Virus record (IMG/VR): IMGVR_UViG_3300037882_003354
Coordinates: 1-64,000 of that record
Strand: one strand, 5' to 3'
DNA: 64,000 bases
Position numbers and translations under genes: made by a program. The notes beneath the pieces were generated by a model. It saw nothing but the letters and a program-made list of their open reading frames with translations, had not been told where the DNA came from and ran no database searches. Within the stretch, counting starts at the first letter, position 1. Every line of letters starts with the position of its first letter. Positions 1-8,602 of the stretch are shown one piece after another.

Positions 1-15
1 GGCGGCAGCGGTCAA

Positions 16-381
16 TTGTTTGCCACCATTGGATTCAAGCGATCGTTCGGGTATTCTGCTGCACAAGATGCAGCCAGGGCAGTGGGCACCCAGACGGCAG
101 TATTGATGAATGAACAGCAGAATGGTTACACACAGACCATGCTCAGGCAACGCGACACACTCAGACAGTTGGTCAAGGCAGAAACGTTGGAAATGAGTTC
201 CATCAGATGGAACATTACACAACTCAGACAGACTCGTGTGAGTGTTCAGGGAATCGATACTGCGCTGGCGCAGAACACCCTGAGATCGGTCAATCTACAA
301 CTTTCAGTCATGCAAGCACAACTGGCCGGCACTCTGACCCGGCTGGACGGATACAAAAATCTGTTGTTGACCCTGTTGTAA
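16..381 (+). CDS. Hypothetical protein, possibly truncated at the window start
   Basis: 121-aa coiled-coil-like ORF; no recognisable motif. Confidence 0.45.
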   Translation: MFATIGFKRSFGYSAAQDAARAVGTQTAVLMNEQQNGYTQTMLRQRDTLRQLVKAETLEMSSIRWNITQLRQTRVSVQGIDTALAQNTLRSVNLQLSVMQAQLAGTLTRLDGYKNLLLTLL

Positions 382-394
382 TACACCCAGTAGA

Positions 395-423
395 TTGACT
401 TCATCATGTGATCATGCTATAAT
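395..423 (+). promoter_or_regulatory. Sigma70-type early promoter
   Basis: TTGACT-17 bp-TATAAT upstream of ORF 454. Confidence 0.75.
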
Positions 424-453
424 AGTAGCATGTTTATGCATGATTGGAGTTGA

Positions 454-1248
454 ATGATGAGCGAATTACGGAAAGCAGCGCAAGAGGCGCTGGAGGCGCT
501 GGAGTACCACGTTGAGCAGACGCGGCCCATACATCGCACCACAGACGCAATAACCGAACTCCGCGCTGCCCTCGCGCAGCCTGAGCAGGATTTGCAGTTG
601 GTTGCCAATTTTTTGAAAGAGTATGGATTGGAGGTTCTGGAGGTTATTGCTGCACTTAAAACACAGCCCGAGCCTGAACCCGTTGGTTGGCTGTACGAAT
701 CCCGAGCAGGAGTTCGCATCTTTCATCCGGCATCCGATGACAAGAGATTCCAAGCAGATTGGGAGGCTGCCCAGCAACACCCAGAGGCACACAAGATGAC
801 GCCCCTCTATACCCAGTCACCCCAGCACTTGCAGAGTTTTGCTCAAGACTGGGATGCCCCGGGCATGGAGGCATACGATGATCCGCCACTCGCGCCACCT
901 GAGCCGACACGCTCTCAGCAAATGCGCGATGCAGGATACACGCGCCGTCCACGGCAGTTGCCGAAAGAAGATGAGCCTGAGCCTGTGGCGTGGGGGTGTT
1001 TTAGGAACGGCGTTTTGCTAGACGACCTTGTTAGTGATGAAGCGTCGGTGGATTACTGGTGTGAATCTGATGAGCCAGAGATGCAGAAACTGGTCAAACG
1101 TGCGCTCTACACCGCCCCACCCCAGCGCAAGCCGCTGACGGATGAGGAAATCGTAAAGATTTGCATGGATTGTTGGCGGGTGACGCCGAGCGACATCTAC
1201 TTTGCCCGTGCCATTGAACGGGCGCATGGGATTGGGGGTGATGTATGA
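454..1248 (+). CDS. Mosaic phage hypothetical protein (AALAQPE / EPVAW / QRKPLTDEEI / FARAIE modules)
   Basis: 264-aa ORF; GGAG RBS; motifs common in proteobacterial phage accessory ORFs. Confidence 0.75.
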   Translation: MMSELRKAAQEALEALEYHVEQTRPIHRTTDAITELRAALAQPEQDLQLVANFLKEYGLEVLEVIAALKTQPEPEPVGWLYESRAGVRIFHPASDDKRFQADWEAAQQHPEAHKMTPLYTQSPQHLQSFAQDWDAPGMEAYDDPPLAPPEPTRSQQMRDAGYTRRPRQLPKEDEPEPVAWGCFRNGVLLDDLVSDEASVDYWCESDEPEMQKLVKRALYTAPPQRKPLTDEEIVKICMDCWRVTPSDIYFARAIERAHGIGGDV

Positions 1249-1315
1249 GTACTTCTGATTGGATTCTCCTATATTGCACTGTAGTTGCTTTTGGCTTGGG
1301 GATTTGGATAGCAAA

Positions 1316-1561
1316 ATGAAACCACTTTACAAAACAGTCAAAGTAGTGTATGATGCCCATAATGCAGAGTACAAAGTATATTATCGTAATTGGTTTCGTT
1401 GGCGTTTTGATCGTGGATATAATGTTAGCAAGTATATGTCTCCTAAGAGCGCAAGAGAGATGGCAATTGAACGTGCTGAGGCACTTTTGAATACCGTTGA
1501 AGTATTCCGTAAATCTTATTCTCTGCCATGGAAGCATATGAGGTCTTATGAATCAGAATGA
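1316..1561 (+). CDS. Hypothetical protein
   Basis: ORF 1259..1561, likely start MKPLYK; overlaps the next gene. Confidence 0.55.
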   Translation: MKPLYKTVKVVYDAHNAEYKVYYRNWFRWRFDRGYNVSKYMSPKSAREMAIERAEALLNTVEVFRKSYSLPWKHMRSYESE

Positions 1562-1811
1562 ATTAAGGCCAACAGAATCTGAAGTAATTATCGGCAGACT
1601 TCGAAAGAAGATTGTTAAGTTGATGGAACAGCGTGATAGGTACAAGAATGAACTGGTTCATTATCGTGAGGTACTTGACCATCATACTTTCCGTGAACGA
1701 GAATATAAAGATTATAATGCTAGAATCAAAGAACGTGAACGAGTTAAAGCATTGGAAACAAGAGTCAAAGAGCAGGAAGAACTTATTAAGTTGCTGAGGA
1801 AAGAACAATGA
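1548..1811 (+). CDS. Coiled-coil hypothetical protein
   Basis: 87 aa; coupled to neighbours. Confidence 0.65.
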   Translation: MNQNELRPTESEVIIGRLRKKIVKLMEQRDRYKNELVHYREVLDHHTFREREYKDYNARIKERERVKALETRVKEQEELIKLLRKEQ

Positions 1812-2011
1812 GTAAAACTACCCATAAACAACAAATAATTGATGCTGCTTTGGAAGGTCTACATCAGGGCGGATTCAGTCAAGAATATGCATACCTGTTT
1901 GCGAAATTACTTGACAGAGTGTACACTTCGGGATATAATGAAGGTAAGTGGTCGGGTCAACAAGAACAATACCTAGTGAACCTTGGCTCACAGATTTATA
2001 CGAGAGGTTGA
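1808..2011 (+). CDS. Hypothetical protein
   Basis: 67 aa; ATGA overlap. Confidence 0.6.
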   Translation: MSKTTHKQQIIDAALEGLHQGGFSQEYAYLFAKLLDRVYTSGYNEGKWSGQQEQYLVNLGSQIYTRG

Positions 2012-2012
2012 A

Positions 2013-2195
2013 ATGAATGAAGTATTTGTTGTTTTCTATGATGAGGTTTATTATGGCTACGGCGAGCGTGGTACCGAACAGCGTAGAATTGAAGGTGTTT
2101 TTGACACTGATGAAAAGGCACGTGCCAAGGTGCGAGAGTTAGAGAAACTACCACAGATCGCTTATGCTGACTTTGATGTTTTTGAGGTGTTGTGA
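2013..2195 (+). CDS. Small hypothetical protein
   Basis: MNEVFVVFY...IEGVFDTDEKA; GAGG RBS. Confidence 0.6.
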   Translation: MNEVFVVFYDEVYYGYGERGTEQRRIEGVFDTDEKARAKVRELEKLPQIAYADFDVFEVL

Positions 2196-2422
2196 TGAAC
2201 GAACGAATTCGAGAACTTGCTGAACAGGCAATCATACCATTTCAAGATGAAAATCTCATGAAGTGTTATCATTTTTCAAAAGAAAAGTTTGCCGAACTGA
2301 TTGTGAAGGAAACGATTAATGAAATGGTTTCCCAGCTGTGGAATTATGGTATAGATGAATCAAATAATCCATCGTTTTATAAAGCAATAGACAGGACCAA
2401 ACAACATTTCGGAGTTGAATGA
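2192..2422 (+). CDS. MNERI/KFAELIV/HFGVE family small protein
   Basis: All three family blocks present. Confidence 0.8.
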   Translation: MMNERIRELAEQAIIPFQDENLMKCYHFSKEKFAELIVKETINEMVSQLWNYGIDESNNPSFYKAIDRTKQHFGVE

Positions 2423-2766
2423 TGAAGGTCGGTGAACTTTACGAACACATTGGCAGGATTGTAACTTACGGTGATGCTGATGCCGAAGTGGTAATTCAGA
2501 TCAAACTTCCATATAATACTGTAGGCGGCAGTCCAGTAGTCAAGGTCAAGCAAGTTCAGATGGGATTTGACTGGGATAGCGGTAAATTCATCATTGTTCC
2601 TGAAGAAGACCTAACTCCAAGCGACCGAGACTTTGCCAAGCAGATGAAAGAGATGCAAGATCGGGCTGGCTGGGCAGACTATGAGAATCGCAATCTCAAG
2701 GCAGAAGTCAAGCAACTAAGAAAGAAACTAAAGGTGGAAAATGGATCCAATTCGCAAAGCGTTTGA
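2419..2766 (+). CDS. Hypothetical protein
   Basis: 115 aa; ATGA coupling. Confidence 0.65.
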   Translation: MMKVGELYEHIGRIVTYGDADAEVVIQIKLPYNTVGGSPVVKVKQVQMGFDWDSGKFIIVPEEDLTPSDRDFAKQMKEMQDRAGWADYENRNLKAEVKQLRKKLKVENGSNSQSV

Positions 2767-2995
2767 AGACGTAACTGCCCAGGCTTTCATGGGCGATGAT
2801 TGTGTGTATGATTATCAACGACTTAAAAAATTGTATCCACGAAAGCCCAGCGGCGAATACAACAACAGTGTCGTTGAAGATCATTGGCAGACTTTCCAAG
2901 AGGGTTGGGAAGAAGCTGTCAAATACTTGACAAATAGAGACAATCCATGCTATACTGATGTTGTTAGCAATGGTGGAATGGATCCTAGGAGTTGA
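2741..2995 (+). CDS. Hypothetical protein
   Basis: 84 aa. Confidence 0.6.
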   Translation: MDPIRKAFEDVTAQAFMGDDCVYDYQRLKKLYPRKPSGEYNNSVVEDHWQTFQEGWEEAVKYLTNRDNPCYTDVVSNGGMDPRS

Positions 2996-3328
2996 ATGAT
3001 GGGAACTAATATCAATCTCAAGCAAGAATTCAGGAATTACTTTGATGGACTAGAAGGATTCGCACTTCGTTCAGAAAGATTCTATGATGAATTCGAGTCT
3101 GGTGTTATGCGTGAGAAGCGTATTCTGGAATGGCTAGAAGCAGCATATATTGCTGGTGCTAGGAAAATGGCGCAGGATACTCTGGACACACTCGGTGATT
3201 ATGCCTGTGCCCTGTCTGGACTTAAGCCAGAGCTTATCAAGCCAGAAGAAATATACGATCGCGCACATAGCAATCTTATGGTGTATTATACCAAGGTATT
3301 GGATGATGCAGAAAGGATTGAAGAATGA
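2996..3328 (+). CDS. Hypothetical protein
   Basis: 110 aa; GGAG RBS. Confidence 0.65.
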   Translation: MMGTNINLKQEFRNYFDGLEGFALRSERFYDEFESGVMREKRILEWLEAAYIAGARKMAQDTLDTLGDYACALSGLKPELIKPEEIYDRAHSNLMVYYTKVLDDAERIEE

Positions 3329-3630
3329 GTAACCAACCAGAAGCCCTGCGGCTGGCTGATGCCATTGATCCGCTGATCCGCAATCGGCTCGACAACCTGA
3401 CCTGCGCTACTGCCGCCACCGAACTGCGGCGCCTACATCAGTCTGAGAGGGAAGGCTGGCGATATGCTGCGGAGCTTGAACAAGAACGCATCCACTTGAA
3501 CGCGGTGAATCAAGAACTGCTAAATGCACTACACTGCATCAGTCTCGCGTCACAAGATTCTGGTAGCACAAGGGAGGGCATGGGGTTATATGCCCGTGCC
3601 GCCATCGCCAAAGCGGAGGAGCAAGCATGA
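3325..3630 (+). CDS. Phage hypothetical protein (QPEALRLAD...ARAAIAKA)
   Basis: 101 aa; coupled. Confidence 0.7.
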   Translation: MSNQPEALRLADAIDPLIRNRLDNLTCATAATELRRLHQSEREGWRYAAELEQERIHLNAVNQELLNALHCISLASQDSGSTREGMGLYARAAIAKAEEQA

Positions 3631-3893
3631 ATAGGGAAGAACTGATCCGCATGGCGCGGGAGGCTGACCAATACGCTGACGACCACGCCCCGGCATGGAC
3701 TCAAACTCCGCAAGAATGGCAGGAGTTGCGCGATCACCGCTTTGCCACATTGGTCGCCGCTGCCGAGCGCGAAGCGTGTGCGAAGGTGTGTGATGAGTTT
3801 GCCGCGCATTACTGGGCTAAAGACGATGCTGTGGAGTCGGTGATCTACGAAGAATGCGCCGCCGCCATCCGCGCAAGGAGCAACAATGTTTAA
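3627..3893 (+). CDS. Phage hypothetical protein (IRMAREA...AEREACAKVC...AAAIRAR)
   Basis: Common phage small-ORF motifs. Confidence 0.75.
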   Translation: MNREELIRMAREADQYADDHAPAWTQTPQEWQELRDHRFATLVAAAEREACAKVCDEFAAHYWAKDDAVESVIYEECAAAIRARSNNV

Positions 3894-4716
3894 GCTGAAA
3901 GAATACCACAAAGACCAGCATTGGAGCCGTTATGCGCTCAATGTGTCTAATCCACATGAGTATTATGAATCTGGGCATTGTGCTACTCGCTATTGTATGT
4001 TAAATATCGCACTAGGCAAACACTCTTGGTGGTGGCAGATTCCCGAGTTCTTCAAGCCGCGCAAGAAGTGGGTTGATCTTTCTAAAGAATCTTGGTGCAA
4101 GTCTGAACAAAAGGGATATTGGGAACATATTCGCCGAGAGTACGGATTCACAATCTCTGACGACAACATTCACGTTCACTACGGCATTCAACCTGGATCT
4201 TGGTCTTCACGTGACAAGAAGAACTCTGACCATACCAAGCTGTTTGGAATTCCCTGGCTGCAGAAGCGATACGTTCATGAGAAGTTCTATAGGCCAGACT
4301 GGAAAGAGTTTGGTGTCTGTGAGCCCATGAAGAGTAGCAGGCTGGACTTTGATTTACTGCACAAAATCAAAGATATGGTTCCCAAGATCAAGTTTAGGTT
4401 CAATGACTACGATGGCGAAGAGATTGTTGCTACTTGCTACATCAGCGAAATGCGTCATGAACACGGCACTGGTTGGTTCAAGTGGTTGAAGTATTTTGTC
4501 GAGCCTCTAATTACTCGCCGTCTTGATCTTGAGTTCAGCAAAGAGATTGGATATGAAAAAGGTAGCTGGAAAGGCGGCACATTGGGTCACTCTGTTGAGA
4601 TTGCGTACGGAGAAGATCCACTGCAAGCATTCATTCGCTATGGTACCGCCGATGATCGCTACAAGAATCATGGAACAAAGAATCGTGGATTCACTAACAT
4701 CCAGAGAATTGAGTGA
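3886..4716 (+). CDS. Hypothetical protein
   Basis: 276-aa Trp/His-rich ORF; coupled. Confidence 0.75.
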   Translation: MFKLKEYHKDQHWSRYALNVSNPHEYYESGHCATRYCMLNIALGKHSWWWQIPEFFKPRKKWVDLSKESWCKSEQKGYWEHIRREYGFTISDDNIHVHYGIQPGSWSSRDKKNSDHTKLFGIPWLQKRYVHEKFYRPDWKEFGVCEPMKSSRLDFDLLHKIKDMVPKIKFRFNDYDGEEIVATCYISEMRHEHGTGWFKWLKYFVEPLITRRLDLEFSKEIGYEKGSWKGGTLGHSVEIAYGEDPLQAFIRYGTADDRYKNHGTKNRGFTNIQRIE

Positions 4717-4991
4717 TGGCTAAAACATTGTTTGTATGCTCGACATATGAACGAGCAAGATACCATTTCAACAAACTCTTGAAGTTATATGAGGATAATA
4801 ACATTTTGGGTATTGCATCCCCCTCACGCTTACGCATTGAAGTGAATTCTAATACTTACGAATTTATTTGGTCAGATGGCATTCGTGATAAGGTTGTGGG
4901 AAGAACATGTAGTAGTATAATCATTGATGAATATGCGACGATAACACCAGAACAATATTCACTTCTGCAATCACGAAAGAGGACGGAATGA
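4713..4991 (+). CDS. Small protein with a Walker-B-like motif
   Basis: GRTCSSIIIDEY resembles a terminase/helicase Walker B; no Walker A. Confidence 0.5.
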   Translation: MMAKTLFVCSTYERARYHFNKLLKLYEDNNILGIASPSRLRIEVNSNTYEFIWSDGIRDKVVGRTCSSIIIDEYATITPEQYSLLQSRKRTE

Positions 4992-5182
4992 TGTTAGTAA
5001 AACTTACAGATCAAGACTATGTGAATCCAGAAGATGTTTCAAGTGTCTATGTTCGTGAATACAATGAGCACGCCTTTGTGAAAATGCGTGATGGAACAGA
5101 ATACTCAGTCTATCCTCTTTATGGAATGATGAAACACGAGAATCTTAATAGAATTGTAAAATTAATAAATGGAGTTGACTAA
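4988..5182 (+). CDS. Hypothetical protein
   Basis: 64 aa; coupled. Confidence 0.6.
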   Translation: MMLVKLTDQDYVNPEDVSSVYVREYNEHAFVKMRDGTEYSVYPLYGMMKHENLNRIVKLINGVD

Positions 5183-5557
5183 ATGAGCAAGCTATCAGAT
5201 CAATTTACCACACAAGTTCAAGACTTCTACAGAGTTCCGAGGACTAAACCTACGCTTTCTAATTTCAGTGCCAAGACCGTGATCGATGGTTCTTCGCATG
5301 AATACTACCGTCAGCGTCAAGTCAAGGTTATTGCCAAGTTTGAATACACTGGGTGGATCAACGAAACAAAGACTCCCGGAGATGAGAACCAGAACTACTC
5401 TGCGTTCTTGAACACTGTCCGTCGACAAGTCATTGAAGAAGTATTCGGTGAGTTCCGACCATTCATTTATGAAATGAACACTGCGCTCTATGACGAGGAT
5501 CTAACTCGGATTAGGACTCTGCTAGCTAATTTAGAACAACAAATGTTTACGGTGTAA
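5183..5557 (+). CDS. Hypothetical protein
   Basis: 124 aa; GGAG RBS. Confidence 0.65.
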   Translation: MSKLSDQFTTQVQDFYRVPRTKPTLSNFSAKTVIDGSSHEYYRQRQVKVIAKFEYTGWINETKTPGDENQNYSAFLNTVRRQVIEEVFGEFRPFIYEMNTALYDEDLTRIRTLLANLEQQMFTV

Positions 5558-5581
5558 GGAATAGATAATGAGGAATAAGAA

Positions 5582-5839
5582 ATGAACGAACGAATCCTAG
5601 CAATATATCGTCAAAGCCATACTGAAGGTTATTTGGGTAAAGCATTTGATCCAGAAAAATTTGTTGAACTCATCAAGCAAGCAATTTATGATGATGTAAA
5701 ACAAGACCTGATCGAAGATTCTGAGATTAACATAGAGCCGGACAGTCCACAGCGTCAATATCTTAAAGGCTGCAATGGTGGAGTAACCGATGCTTTGTAT
5801 CGAATCAAAATGTTCGGGGTAGATGAGGAAGAACAATGA
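5582..5839 (+). CDS. MNERI family small protein
   Basis: MNERI...EKFVELI...MFGVDEE. Confidence 0.75.
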   Translation: MNERILAIYRQSHTEGYLGKAFDPEKFVELIKQAIYDDVKQDLIEDSEINIEPDSPQRQYLKGCNGGVTDALYRIKMFGVDEEEQ

Positions 5840-6117
5840 ACGAACGTATCCTAGAACTCGCCAAGCAAGCAGGTCTCAAGAAAGAACACGGTGCTGATCG
5901 TGAGTATATGGGTGACTTTGATTGGCGACAGTTCGCCGAGTTGATTGTTAGGGAATGTATTGAACAACTGGTCAAAGAAGGCGATGCTTGGGAACAATTC
6001 AGTCGCAATCCTCCCCAAGGTCAAGAGACCAATGCCAGTGCCGCATTGTTTGCCGCATACAGGTTGAAGGAAGATGCGGTATCTAGATTAGAAGAACATT
6101 TCGGAGTTGAAGAATGA
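5836..6117 (+). CDS. MNERI family small protein
   Basis: MNERILELAKQAG...FAELIVREC...EHFGVEE. Confidence 0.8.
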   Translation: MNERILELAKQAGLKKEHGADREYMGDFDWRQFAELIVRECIEQLVKEGDAWEQFSRNPPQGQETNASAALFAAYRLKEDAVSRLEEHFGVEE

Positions 6118-6272
6118 ACAATACTGATATTGTAGGTATAAAAACATACAATCCCAAATATGACGATAATCTAGTGCTGATCCAGCGAGATGGTGTATGT
6201 ATTAGTTTGGAAGAGTATGTATCTCAAAAAGTTGCCGAACAGATTAAAGAACATTTTGGAGTTGAAACATGA
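6114..6272 (+). CDS. 52-aa ORF ending KEHFGVET (not in the ORF track)
   Basis: Read manually: MNNTDIVGIK...IKEHFGVET; ATGA overlaps on both sides. Confidence 0.65.
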   Translation: MNNTDIVGIKTYNPKYDDNLVLIQRDGVCISLEEYVSQKVAEQIKEHFGVET

Positions 6273-6511
6273 ACGATTATGATATGAATATACACACAAA
6301 TCCTGATGCAAGAGCCTGGGCTAAATTCTTTACTGAAAAGTATAAAGTATGGTCGGAAGATGGTGTTGAATCTGATAGTGAGGCTTTAATGACTACATGG
6401 TTCGCCAATGCCATGATGGCGATGCACGATTATTTGGTATTGAAAGATAATCCAATCAATGGAGATCATGCTCAATATCTATTAGATAAAGAAAACGGAG
6501 TTGAAGAATGA
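6269..6511 (+). CDS. Hypothetical protein ending GVEE
   Basis: 80 aa; carries the junction motif. Confidence 0.7.
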   Translation: MNDYDMNIHTNPDARAWAKFFTEKYKVWSEDGVESDSEALMTTWFANAMMAMHDYLVLKDNPINGDHAQYLLDKENGVEE

Positions 6512-6768
6512 ATGAACGAACGCTAGAACTTGCCCTGCTGGCAGGTCTCAAGAAGGCGCACGGTGCTGACCGTGAGTATATCGGCGATTTTGATTGGCGA
6601 CATTTTGCTGAGTTGATTGTGAAAGAATGTGCTGAATTGTTTGTAGACCAAAGATACATGATCCTAAGTCCACATGAGCCATTTGCCAATGAAAGAGTTC
6701 GTGCGTTGAAAGAACACGACAAGGATACTGTTAAAAAGATTAAAGAACATTTCGGAGTTAAAGAATGA
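6508..6768 (+). CDS. MNERI family small protein
   Basis: N-half nearly identical to 5836..6117. Confidence 0.8.
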   Translation: MNERTLELALLAGLKKAHGADREYIGDFDWRHFAELIVKECAELFVDQRYMILSPHEPFANERVRALKEHDKDTVKKIKEHFGVKE

Positions 6769-6908
6769 AACGCAATTATCGTGGTTGGAGTATCTATATG
6801 TGTTCCGCCAGTAGATATTTTGCAGTTCGTCATGGTGTCCGTATGAATGCCAACACTGAGGAATTGTTGATTACCATGATTGATCTACGTCCAGTTTGGG
6901 GGAAATAA
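6765..6908 (+). CDS. 47-aa hypothetical protein (not in the ORF track)
   Basis: MKRNYRGWSIY...PVWGK; coupled on both sides. Confidence 0.55.
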   Translation: MKRNYRGWSIYMCSASRYFAVRHGVRMNANTEELLITMIDLRPVWGK

Positions 6909-7111
6909 TGAACGAACGAATTAAAGAAATTGCTGCACAGGCTGGACTAAGATTTACTCAACTAATGAGCAATCCAATGGTTCCTGTTGTAGATGGTAAA
7001 GAAACAGATTTGGAAAAGTTCGCCGAGTTGATCGTCAGGCAGTGTGCTGAGATTTGTTTGGAAGCAAACGACCATGATAATATCCTAAGATATTTTGGAG
7101 TTGACGAATGA
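6908..7111 (+). CDS. MNERI family small protein
   Basis: MNERIKE...KFAELIVRQC...YFGVDE. Confidence 0.8.
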   Translation: MNERIKEIAAQAGLRFTQLMSNPMVPVVDGKETDLEKFAELIVRQCAEICLEANDHDNILRYFGVDE

Positions 7112-7326
7112 ATTCCCGAATGCAAGATTTGATGTATGAATCGGGACTGACAGCACAGGGTTGTTGGGATCAAATGGATGAGTATGATCGAGCGGCAATT
7201 GAAAAATTTGCTCAGTTGATTGTTCGGGCGTGTGCCGACGTGGCTGCTACGGTTGTTGTCGAACACGAAGGGGTGGATTTTGGTCTGACGGCCGCCTGTC
7301 ATGAACATTTCGGAGTTGAAGAATGA
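7108..7326 (+). CDS. MNERI family small protein
   Basis: KFAQLIVRAC...EHFGVEE. Confidence 0.8.
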   Translation: MNSRMQDLMYESGLTAQGCWDQMDEYDRAAIEKFAQLIVRACADVAATVVVEHEGVDFGLTAACHEHFGVEE

Positions 7327-7703
7327 TTTCTGAACAACTTAGAAAATATATTGACATGGTCATTAAAGAAGAACAAGATGACGTGCTTCACGAAATGGCC
7401 AATTTGGGCAGTCATAATCACGGAATACCAGATGTTGTCATCTGGGTGGGAAAAGCAAATAAACAACATGGGTTGAGAATCAAAGTTTCCAATCTAAAAA
7501 ATCGTTGGAGCAACGATGACAATTTTGTAATTCAATTGCCACAGTTGGATCATGATCCCGATCAAGTTGCTCGATGGATCACAGTTGATGTGATGAAAAA
7601 AATCATGGACTGGGTCAAGTTGAATCAGCAAGTGTTACATGATTTTGAAACTGACAAGATCATGTATACAGACCAATTTATCAGTCAAATTTCCAAGGTA
7701 TAA
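7323..7703 (+). CDS. Phage hypothetical protein (LHEMANL...HGLRIKV)
   Basis: 126 aa; coupled. Confidence 0.7.
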   Translation: MISEQLRKYIDMVIKEEQDDVLHEMANLGSHNHGIPDVVIWVGKANKQHGLRIKVSNLKNRWSNDDNFVIQLPQLDHDPDQVARWITVDVMKKIMDWVKLNQQVLHDFETDKIMYTDQFISQISKV

Positions 7704-7704
7704 A

Positions 7705-7893
7705 ATGCACGAACGAATGCGAGAATTTGAGAAACAATGCTGGAATCATCAAGCCAATTGTTTGGATGCGAAAAAGTTCGCCCAGTTGATTGTGAAAGAA
7801 TGTGTTGGCATTGTAGCAGATGCTGTTGATCATCGTGAACCCGCAAGCACTTATGTAGGCAAAATTAAACAACATTTTGGAGTTGAAGAATGA
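7705..7893 (+). CDS. MNERI family small protein
   Basis: MHERMRE...KFAQLIVKEC...KQHFGVEE. Confidence 0.75.
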   Translation: MHERMREFEKQCWNHQANCLDAKKFAQLIVKECVGIVADAVDHREPASTYVGKIKQHFGVEE

Positions 7894-8123
7894 ACGAACA
7901 AATTCGATCACTTGCCATGCAGTCTGGTGCACGGGAAGCGAAAACCGTGCTCAACTCACCACCGGCGCTATCATTGAACGGGGATGAGATTGCAGAGTTC
8001 GCTCAGTTGATTGTGCGGGCATGTGCCCAGATCGGTGAATTAAAAGAACAAGGCCATGAAGATTATGACCCTGACATGTCAGTTGGCTGGTACATGCGGC
8101 AGCATTTTGGAGTTGAAGAATGA
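7890..8123 (+). CDS. MNERI family small protein
   Basis: FAQLIVRAC...QHFGVEE. Confidence 0.8.
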   Translation: MNEQIRSLAMQSGAREAKTVLNSPPALSLNGDEIAEFAQLIVRACAQIGELKEQGHEDYDPDMSVGWYMRQHFGVEE

Positions 8124-8302
8124 ACTATCCACAACTTGACCGTGACACACCGGAACAATGCCAAATGTTCGACCAGTATCTGAATGACACCGAAGAACTG
8201 GAAGATCGCAGCCGACGAGGTCGGGGATTGAGTTATGATGAAGCAGAATGGGAAGCATTTCAGTATGGGTGGAATGCTGCTCGTGCCCATTTTGGAATTT
8301 AA
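8120..8302 (+). CDS. Small protein ending HFGI
   Basis: 60 aa; last ORF of the array. Confidence 0.65.
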   Translation: MNYPQLDRDTPEQCQMFDQYLNDTEELEDRSRRGRGLSYDEAEWEAFQYGWNAARAHFGI

Positions 8303-8348
8303 AAATAATTGGTAATATTAGTATTAAATACTATTTTTGGAGAACCAC

Positions 8349-8570
8349 ATGCGATATTGGACCATAGCCACACCACATCCAGAGACAGACGAACCTGTCT
8401 ACGAAACATTAAGTGAAGATGAAATACTTGAGCAGTATTATCCTTACTGGTCTGGTAAGATGATCGAGAAGTATGGTCTAGAAGAATTCAACAAGACTTG
8501 GTCAAAGAAGGAATGTATAGAAGATTGGGTAACAATTCATTGGGCATGGAAGAGTTCTGAAAGTCATTGA
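8349..8570 (+). CDS. Hypothetical protein
   Basis: MRYWTI...IEDWVTIHWAW; GGAG RBS. Confidence 0.65.
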   Translation: MRYWTIATPHPETDEPVYETLSEDEILEQYYPYWSGKMIEKYGLEEFNKTWSKKECIEDWVTIHWAWKSSESH

Positions 8571-8595
8571 CACCGCCCTGTTTCTAGTGTATAAT
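8567..8595 (+). promoter_or_regulatory. Consensus sigma70 promoter
   Basis: TTGACA-17 bp-TATAAT. Confidence 0.85.
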
Positions 8596-8602
8596 ATATC
8601 AC

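Noticed and set aside
4713-4991. Functional terminase or helicase
   Set aside because: Only 92 aa with a Walker-B-like motif and no Walker A
5800-8130. Junction repeats as a CRISPR array
   Set aside because: Spacing is roughly 150-570 bp and irregular, the repeats are degenerate and protein-coding, and no cas genes are present
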